A stretch of DNA of 64,000 bases from the human T2T-CHM13v2.0 reference genome, Homo sapiens, in assembly GCF_009914755.1 (NCBI RefSeq), contig NC_060928.1; one strand, given 5' to 3'. A model generated the notes under the pieces. It was not told the origin of the DNA. It saw only the letters and a list, made by a program, of their open reading frames with translations, and searched no databases. This document shows positions 52,247 through 64,000 of this stretch, piece after piece; the first letter of the stretch is position 1, and every line of letters begins with the position of its first letter. The position numbers were made by a program, and so were the translations under genes.

Positions 52247-54304
52247 CTTAGAAAAAAGAGTAGAACACACGTTTGTGTCTCACTTCATCTCTGAGTAACA
52301 TTAAGCATATTTAACCTCACTAAAATACTGGTACTATCCTCAAAGATGTTGGTGAAAAGCTAATGAGATGATGGATATGAAAGCAATTTTTGCAATAATA
52401 AAAACGCTACTGAATTCCATTAAGGATCTGAATTTCCAGAGGCAGAGAATATGTCCAGTTCTGTTATTTCCATGCATGGTGCCTGGCCTAGAATTATATG
52501 TCAACACATGTTTGCAAATCATACCAACCAGAAGGCACAATTCTAATGTGAATAACAATGTTTAGAAGTCTGAGGATTGAGGAAGAGGAGGAAAGGGGAA
52601 AAAAGATGTTATTTTCCAAAAGTCATAACAAAGGAGAGACCTACTTGGCTTCCATGGAAAACTAGACTTCATCTTAACTACAGGAATATTTCTAGGGATT
52701 CAATAGCCCTTCCAATGAAGAGTTCTAAAAAATCAGAATATTATTGGCTTTTAAATTTCAGTCACTATTCAAATACTTAAGATTCTTATTCTATGTCTAT
52801 GCGTTCATTTATTTCATAAGTTTCTGAACCTCATCATCATAAATGACAACTGCAATACCTTTAGAATCAACAAGGCAGTCATATTATCAGTGGATTCATT
52901 TGCTGTTTTAAAAGCTGTTATCTGCATCTGAAAGATACCAAAGAATCCCATAAGAGGCAAGGCAATTTTCCTATTGTTGTATATTTTTTTCTAGAATAAG
53001 ACAACATTCCAAATACAGGGTAGTAAATGGAATGAAGCAAACACTTGCTGAATCACTACTATTTCAGGGACTCTGCTGAGCACTGTACATAAGTTATCCT
53101 CATCAACAGGCCTGGGTAGAGTCACACTATCACAGTTACAGCTGTCATCCCTTCTCTCTGAACTGCAAGGTTCTCCTCTCTAAAAAAACGAAAGCTACTG
53201 AACCATTCCATAGGGCTATTAAGATAATGTGTACAAAGGTAAAATATAAAACGTGTAAAGCACTTAGCAAATTAAGTGATCTTTAGAATTTTACTTTCTG
53301 AAATAGTCTATTGAAATTATAAGACATACATATTTTTAAAATACAAATTTGAATTTCTGAAAATGACTTTCAGTTTAAAGAATTTTCAAGAATTTAACAT
53401 GGGAAATACTGAGGACATGACAGAAAATTACAAAAGAAAAGCAAATTAGTATGATAAGTGTAAAATAAAGAATTAGAAACATTTCCAGAATATATACTTG
53501 AAGTAAGTCCAAGGCTCACCCTACCAATGTCTTTTAAAATTAGCAACAGTTTCTAACAGTATCTTTAGAAGTAAAGGATTTTCACAATAACGTATATGGA
53601 AATTTTTACTTTGCTTAAGCTGATAAAGACTCATATTGACTAGATAAAATATCTCTAGAGAAGAAAATCAAATTACACGCATTATAAACTTCAGACTTGC
53701 AGGCGACAAAATCAAATCTGGATTCTCTACAAAAATTTCAAATCATAAAGTTGAATTTACAATTACCAAAGTTTTGACACTAGTGTCTCCTTTAAAAAAG
53801 ACCATATACACAGCAAATGATTTTGCAAAATATGACTTGTCAAGTTCCGAGTGACAGACTCCATATTGGTTATATTCAACAAATGTTTCCAGGTTATGAT
53901 GCTTATGAAGAAAAAAAAACTTGACTTGCATTGTACAAGGTGGGTGCTATTTCAGATGCAAAAGCAATGACTTTAAATTCGAAGAGAAACAGAAAAAGAA
54001 GCTTGCTTATCATAGCTCTAATAAATGGTGATGGGAAAACAAATAATTACTTCAGTAAAAACTTCCAACCATCATCTAGAATATCATCTGAAAAAAAGAA
54101 GAAAGCTGAACTTGAGAATGAGTGTTACTAAAGGGTTACTGCTTCACTTCTATTTTGCTTAAGTTTTTCATAATTTATAATTCCACATGATTTGCCAATT
54201 TTTATCCTCTTAACCTCCTCCTTGATTAATTCCATCATCTGCGATTTTTCTCTCCTTACAATGTTTGTGAAGTAGAATGTATTCTTCATAGGTCTCCCCT
54301 TTCT

Positions 54305-56904
<2,600 letters not shown>

Positions 56905-57139
56905 TAGCAGAAAGAAAGGAATCTACTGCTACAAAGAAAATAAAATAAACATGGAAATATTACAAACCTTCAAAACAAACCCAGTTCTCAACAAAAACAG
57001 TCTCTGTTCTCCAAGATCTGACTCCATGCTGACTACCCAAAACCCCAAATAATTCTTTTTTTTCCTTAATTTCTGAGGCAAAAATTCACCAACTTCATTC
57101 TTATTTCAACCCAATACCTCCATGAGATAGTTGGAAGTT

Positions 57140-57930
57140 GATAATGATGTGCTTGTTTGACCTCTACTCAATCCCTCTTCTCTCCGCTACTCTGAATACC
57201 ATGGGTGGTGATCCCTGGGGACCATGTTTTGAGTCTCACTGCCACCTGCGTTTGGGTGGGAAGCACAGGAGACTTACGGGCAGGAGGAAGAGAAAGCCCA
57301 TGTATCTTTCCTCTATCTTTTTGCTTTAGGCATTGATAGGGTTTGGCTCGGTGTCTCCAACCAAACCTCAGGTCGAATTGTAATCCCCACGTGTCAGGGT
57401 AGGGGACTGGTAGGAGCTCATGGAATCATGGGGGCAGACTTCCCCTTTGCTGTTCTTGTGATAGTGAGTGGATTCTCATGAGATCTGATGGTTTAAAAGT
57501 ATGTGGCACCTCCCCCTTCACTCCCTCTCTTCTGCTCTGCCATGGGAAGATGTGCCTTGCTTCTCCTTTGCCTTCGCCATGATGGTAAGTTTCCTGAGAT
57601 CTTCCAGTCATGCTTCCTGTTAAGCCTGTGAAATTGTGAGTCAATTAAACCTCCATTTTTTTCATAAACTACACAGTCTCAGGTAGTTCTTTATAGCAGT
57701 GTGAAAACAAACTAATACAGGCATCATCTCCACAGAGGTCCCCTCAGCTCTCTGGCCCCAGCTCCATGGGCCAGTTGCTGCTGAGAAGATAAACATGGTT
57801 ACTATTTCCACTGGTGGCCCCAGCTCCTCTCTTAGTCCCTCCAACTTGAGGGTTGATGGCAGCTTCCCACAATTGCAAGTCCTACACTTTTATAAGTACC
57901 TGTAATTGATTCCTTTCATAATTATTTAGC
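57140..57930 (+). mobile_element. LTR33-like ERVL LTR, split by MSTA
   Basis: GGGCAGGAGGAAGAGAAAG and TCCCTCCAACTTGAGGGTTGATGGCAGCTTCC motifs. Confidence 0.5.
57334..57719 (+). mobile_element. MSTA-like solo LTR
   Basis: TGATAGGGTTTGGCTC...AACTAATACA; perfect TSD GGCAT. Confidence 0.9.
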
Positions 57931-58246
57931 ATGGATTCTTCTGGAAGGCAGAATGTTCCCTGATAAAGACGGGTATGGTGATGATTCTCTCTTCATGAAA
58001 AGACTTGAACAGGATTATTAGACTACTTATTAACATTTTTTGTATCTCTGCTTCTGGTGTAAGAATCATTGTAATTATCAGCAAAATCCTAAGACAGTCA
58101 GCTCAATGAAGGTGTTACTTCCAGGAAGATCAGATCCATTTCTGGAGGTTTGAACTTCCCACTGGGCGGTATTGGTATCAAAGAATGACTTAGTTAGCCA
58201 TAGTCTCCAAAAGCACCTAGCTCTGAGATACGTACAATTTAATTAC

Positions 58247-58543
58247 TTTTTTTTTTTTTTTGGAGATGAAGTCTTGCTCTGTCACCCAGGCTGGAGTGCA
58301 GTGGTGTGATCTCGGCTCACTGCAACCTCCGCCTCCGGGTTCAAGCAATTCTCTTGTCTCAGCCTCCCGAGTAACTGGGACTACAGGCACATGCCACCAC
58401 ACCCAGCTAATTTTTTGTATTTTAGTAGAGATGGGGTTTCACCATGTTGCCCAGGCTGGTCTCGAATTCCTGAGCTCAGGCAATCTGCCCGCCTTGGCCT
58501 CCCAAAGTGCTAGGATTACAGGCCTGAACCACCACACCTGGCC
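58247..58543 (-). mobile_element. AluSx-group Alu (AluSx4-like)
   Basis: CCTGAGCTCAGGCAATCTGCCC; TSD YGYACAATTTAATTA (58231-58245, 58544-58558). Confidence 0.92.
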
Positions 58544-58779
58544 TGCACAATTTAATTATCTTAATTTCATATAAAGTGTCATGCAAAAGTAGTTTCAAGC
58601 TTCACCCTCATGCTTAGCATGAAAGAATACTGTCTCTAAATTATTCCTATATAGCAGTTTTGGAGAAACCCACACATTTGGATGACGAGCAAGGTAGGTG
58701 ACTACTTACGGAACTTTTGATTTATCCTTTTCCAAAAATTTGTTTCTTTTGGAGCTTCCCTATCACAGTCGATAGCAAT

Positions 58780-59260
58780 TCAATTCTATTACTTCCTCAG
58801 TTCCAAATTCCCAGTGTCATCCTTAACACTTTCTTTCTATCACACCCTATATCTAATCCATCATAAGTCTCATAAATAAGACTTCTTACCACCCCAACAT
58901 AGTCTAATTCATCTTCATCTCCTGCCTGGACAATTGCAGTAGACTCCTGATGATTCCTATGCTTCTATTCTGAACCTTCTGTAATCTATTTTAAACACAG
59001 CAGCTATAGAGAACCATTAGCAACTCTATTATCTTATTCTTCCAACTAACACCACCAAGTAGCTCTCAACATTCTCAGGAAAAACTCAAAACTTTATTAT
59101 AAGATTCACAATACTCTACATAATCTGTCCTCTTCTTTCTGACCCTCTCTGCTACCTCTTCCCTCTTTCTAATTTCATTACAGTAGTATGGGTATCTTTA
59201 TTGATTCTCAAACATTCAAGCAAGTGCCTGTCCTCTATAATTGCCATGAGAACTCTTCCT
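58780..59260 (+). mobile_element. L2 fragment
   Basis: GTCATCCTTAAC...CATCTCCTGCCTGGACAATTGCAGTAGACTCCT...CACAGCAGC. Confidence 0.7.
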
Positions 59261-60494
59261 CAAATTAATAAAAGGATAGAGATGGAAAAAAGTGTGATTA
59301 TTCATTAGAACATTGAAGTTGTATAGAAGAAATTTCCAAATGTCCTTGACATCTCTCTCCTCAGCCTTGGATAAGCTCAAATAGCTATAAAAACCTTTCT
59401 ATCCAAGCTTTACCTTCTCTCCTCTAGTCAGGATCCTGGAACTCCATCTTGGTCCTTCAAAATTTTATCTTCTACTCAGCTTTTATGAGTCAGTTAGCTT
59501 AAGTATGACTCCCTGTCTGTCTGCTTGTCTTAATTCCAGCTTGGCCCTGAGATGCTGTCTTTTAACTTCTCTCTGATGCATAATTTTTGTCCTAAGGGCA
59601 GGTTACACTCTATCCCCATACTCAGTTCCAGCTCTTCAAATAACGGGGCCATAAATGATAGTCTGGGCCCTCACTTTTTGAACAGAGGTAAAAATAAGAA
59701 TGAAAACCATGCTATTGAATATACAAATTTAATTAAGAAGAATTTCAGTAGATACCTGAATTCTATCTGTATTGTAGGACTATTTTGTGGAATATCTAAG
59801 GAACTTTCTTGTGTTAAACTCCATGGAGAAACAGAATTATATGTCCTTAATTAATATTTCAAGAGCTTTAAAAAAAACATTACCTAAAATCACTGGGACA
59901 GGATAACATTATAAACCCTCTAGACTGAAAGAAAAGGTAGCAAAAGCAGGAAAGTCATAATAACATTGAAATATTTATTATCTGCCAGACACAGGTACTT
60001 AACATAGAGGAAAAAGAATGTTTCTTTGTGAAAACTAATTCATAGGAAAGAGACACACGGAAGACCAGGTGAGGTTTTCACATCTTCCTCCCCTAGACAA
60101 TAAGAAATGAGGCCAAAACAGCGTATGTACCTCCAGGATTTTTCTTTTCTCTCTCCGTGGTAGAACCCGCGGCGGGTTTTAATGAATTGAGGAAACAATA
60201 TAAAGTCTGTGTTTCCCTCCTTATTCAAGAAGGAAATACCCCTGAATATAAAGCATTTAACAAAATCTCAGAAAAGAAAGCAGAGCTAAGCTTTGTCACA
60301 AAGATAACACAAGGACCCCGTTAGATCCCCCACTTCCTCCAGCTTTTTCAGACGCTGTATTTCTGTATACAGAGCACTATATTTCAGAGAAGGTTAAGAC
60401 AGTCAGATGAGGAAAAAGGAAGTCAAGATAAACTCAGTCTACTATGTATTAGAAGAGATAGAAGCCTGAATAGAATATTCATGTTTAGCACCAG

Positions 60495-60620
60495 TAGGTA
60501 GAGGGAGAAAGGGAGGGAGTGAGACAGAGAGGAAGGGAAGAGGGAGAAAAAGGTAGGGATGAAGAAAGGAATAGACGGAGAGAAGAGAGGGAGAAACTGA
60601 AGAAAAGAAAAGAAATAACT
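60495..60620. repeat. GA-rich low-complexity tract
   Basis: Nearly pure purine sequence on the plus strand. Confidence 0.8.
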
Positions 60621-60657
60621 AAAAATGATTGAGTATGGCACACACATTAAAGATTTA

Positions 60658-61490
60658 AAAGTTGTAACTTTTTTGTGCCTGGAACCTTTGGAAGTCTATG
60701 GGTCCTTTTTTTACGATAATATTTTCAAGTGCATAAAATAACATTCATAATATTGTCAAGGAAATCAATGATATTGAAAGTGCAGTTATCAAAATATTAA
60801 AACAATAAATCTGGGATACCAGAATATATATGCTTATCTATTAGTCCATTAAAGAACAATATAAAATGGTGTATTACTTCCATCTCACACTACTATAAAG
60901 AAATACCCAAGAATGTGTAATTTACACAGGAAAGATGTTTAATTGACTCACAGAGCCCCATGGCTGAGGAGGCCTCAGGAAACTTACAACCATGGCAGAA
61001 GCAGAAACAGGAGCCTTTTTCACAAGGCGGCAGGGAGAGAGTGTGAGCATGTGAAGGAAGAACTGTCGAACACTTATAAAGTCATCAGATCTCATGAGAA
61101 CTCACTCACTGTTAGAACAGCACGGGGAAACCACCCACATGATCCAACTATCTCCCTCAGGTCCCTCCCTTGACACGTGGGGATTATGAGGATAGGAATT
61201 CAAGATGAGATTTGGGTGGGGACACGGAGCCAAACCATATCAAAGTAGATATGATAACTACCATAGTTCAAAGTAGCAAGGAACATAAAAACATTTCAAT
61301 ATATCAGCAACTATTATAATGTAATGTGAAAGTCTTTGTGATTTCTATTAGTGACAAGGTCACAGGTACTGCTAGTACTACTGAAGGATGTTGCCTAAAT
61401 TCTTAATTAGAAGACCTGTTACATTTCAGTTAGAGATTAATGAACTTAAAGATGTAGTTTTTTTATATCCAAGTTCTTATAACCTAAGAA
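60658..61490 (+). mobile_element. MER119-like hAT/Charlie DNA element, split by MSTA
   Basis: CAGTTATCAAAATATTAAAA and TGTGATTTCTATTAGTGACAAGGTCACAGGTACTGCTAGTACTACTG motifs. Confidence 0.75.
60870..61242 (-). mobile_element. MSTA-like solo LTR
   Basis: TGTATTAC...GGCCTCAGGAAACTTACAA...GGGACACGGAGCCAAACCATATCA. Confidence 0.88.
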
Positions 61491-62073
61491 TTATATTCAA
61501 GATAATGCAGATGGAGGCTTTTGATCAAAGAGTTTTTAAAAATATTACTGTATCCGTTAAAAAGTTCAATATTCAAAAACTTTACTCTTCATTAAAAGAA
61601 AAGAAAATACTGCTTTGCTACTTGAAGGGCAACACAGGTCGGTTACCTTGAGGAGTGCCACTATAGGACTAAGTCCTGGATTTCATTACATGGCAGTTTA
61701 GATTGCTGTTGCTTGGTGTGATCTTTGTTTTGTTCTGGTTTGTTTGCTATAATCTATAGAATGGGGACAAGACATCTACCTCACAAGGATTGTTATTGTT
61801 GCTTCTGGCACATAAAAGTGAATTCTCAAGAAAAGTCCTGGAACACCTGAACACCAAGGAGACCTCTGGACCAGCCAATTTTGTAATAAAACCTGTGCCC
61901 CTAGTCACAAGGGATGAAAATGTGAGACTTGATTGAAGCAAATTCATCTGCAGGACTAAAAAATTTTTAAAACATAAGGTTTTAGCAATTTCAGATAGCA
62001 CTGGACATTTACTTCCTAAATGCTAACATTTTATCTTTTTGGAGAAGTGAATTTTTATAGGGTTTAACTTTTT

Positions 62074-62894
62074 ATTATTATACTTTAAGTTCTGGGGTAC
62101 ATATACAGAACGTGCAGGTTTGTTAGATAGGTATACATACGCCATGGTGATTTGCTGCACCCATAAGCCCGTCTTTGAAACCAATGAGAACAAAGACACA
62201 CATACCAGAATATCTGGGACACATTTAAAGCAGTGTGTAGAGGGAAATTTATGGCACTAAATGACAACAAGAGAAAGCAGGAAAGATCTAAAATTGACAC
62301 CCTAACATCATTAAAAGAGCTAGAGAAGCAAGAGCAAACAAATTCAAAAGCTAGCAGAAAACAAGAAATAACTAAGATCAGAGCAAAACTGAAGGAGATA
62401 GAGACACAAAAAACCCTTCAAAAATCAATGAATCCAGGAACTGATTTTCTTGAAAAGATCAACAAAATAGATAGACCGCTAGCCAGACCACTGAAGAAGA
62501 CAGAAAAATCAAATAGACGCAATAAAAAATGATAAAGGGGATATCACCACCGATCCCACAGAAATACAAACTACCATCAGAGAATACTATAAACACGTCT
62601 ATGGAAATAAACTAGAAAATCTAGAAGAAATGGATAAATTCCTGGACCCATTTAATCTCCCAAGACTAAACCAGGAAGAAGTTGAATTCCTGAATAGACC
62701 AATAACAAGTTCTGAAATTGAGGCAGTAATTAATAGCCTACCAACCAAAGAAAGTCCAGGACCAGACAGATTCACAGCCGAATTCTACCAGAGGTTCAGA
62801 GGAGCTGGTACCATTCCTTCCAAAACTATTCCAAACAATAGGAAAATAGGGACTCCTCCCTAACTCATTTTATGAGGCCAGCATCATCCTGATA
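62074..62894 (-). mobile_element. L1PA7-like element with 5' inversion and large internal deletion
   Basis: 62074-62173 is the last ~100 nt of L1, antisense. 62172-62894 is sense ORF2 between EN and RT (ORFs 62233-62532, 62630-62863). TSD TAACTTTTT (62065-62073, 62893-62901). Confidence 0.9.
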
Positions 62895-63374
62895 ACTTTT
62901 TTTGAATAGAAAATTATGTTTAGATTTTGAATACGAATTACTTATATCCAAAAAGATTTTAAAATGCTGACAGAAACACTTAAATTCTAAGGCTGAATGA
63001 GTTCCAGTATTCATTAAAATAATGGTAGGAGGAGAGGTGCTGAAAGGACTGCTTTCTTGTGTCTGGAACTATGTACAAGCCTTTTAAAGTTAGGAATGGG
63101 GGATAAACCCAAGGGCTTAAGAATAATTCTCCATTTGGCAAGGGAATTTCCTTGAGGCAGGAGACAGTAGCCTGGAGAGTATTAATGGATTTATGAAAGT
63201 AGTTACATCATTGTGGTTTGGGAAATGATTTTAAAGCTGAGCAAAATGTGAAATTAATTTTTGATTTTCTTGCCCCAGGTTCCTCTTTAAGTCTCTATCC
63301 TACCATTAAAAAAAAAAATTATCTGTGCTTTCCTTTTGCTGGAAACAAGTTGCTCCTCTTTCCAAATATTTGTT

Positions 63375-63990
63375 CTTTGTTCATTCACATTTAAATTTAT
63401 TCTTCCAAATATTTATCGAGTCTCTCTCATGTGTCAGACACTGTAATAGGAACTTGGAATACAAAGTGGAATAGAAGATGGTCATTTTTCTCAATGGGCT
63501 TAATGGGGCAGATGGTGCACATCAAAAATAATGCCAGTAGAGCAAAGTAGCGCTGCTATGGAATTAGTGAGCATACAGGCTGGAGCATCAGTCCATGGAG
63601 AAAGCACAAGGCTCTGCTTGAGAGGTCAGGGAAATTCCTCCCAGAGGGGGAGATGCTTAAGATAATACATGACTGATAGTAGCATTTTACCAGGCACAAA
63701 GATGGGAGGGGAAATGGCCTGGGCCAAGTTAAAGAGGCATGACACAGTGGGGTCTTCAGGGCCTTGTAATGAATTCAGGAGGGCTGGTACAGAGCAGGTA
63801 TCAGGTGCTGCTGAAGAAGGACTTGCTGAATTGGAGAGGAGGTGGATGCTGGGGCCATGTGCACACAACTGAGAAGTTCTCGCTGGAAACACCGTGCATG
63901 ACAGAGTTCAATCCTTGACTTTGTGGACAGCAGGCCATTGATGAAGTCATTCTGTAAGATAGGTCATTTCTTCAAACTTCAGAAAATAAT
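63375..63990 (-). mobile_element. L2 3' portion
   Basis: TTCATTCA...CAAATATTTATCGAG...ATGTGTCAGACACTGT...GGTCAGGGAA. Confidence 0.7.
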
Positions 63991-64000
63991 CCCGACATTA

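Overview
AT-rich, CpG-depleted primate genomic DNA (AluY and an L1PA2-like 3' end fit human or another ape), dominated by transposable-element remnants: L1 of many ages, L2, MIR, Alu, MaLR LTRs (THE1/MST/MLT1), ERVL MLT2, ERV1-class LTRs and two DNA transposons. I recognise no host protein-coding gene, tRNA, rRNA or CRISPR array. The longer ORFs are broken L1 ORF2 pieces, and the others I can place are Alu, LTR or microsatellite artefacts. I see no evidence of a new biological system. The best observations are structural: (i) a MIR-derived ~160-bp inverted repeat that is too well conserved to be two independent MIRs and was later split by an Alu; (ii) an L1 internal fragment without tail or TSD, bounded by microhomology; (iii) four 5'-inverted L1s, one missing ~2.4 kb; (iv) a six-level nest of elements; (v) an old local direct duplication; (vi) a compound GATA STR with an 81-bp higher-order duplication; (vii) two candidate minus-strand exons. 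Subfamily names come from my recall of consensus sequences, not from a database search. Boundaries of old elements are approximate.
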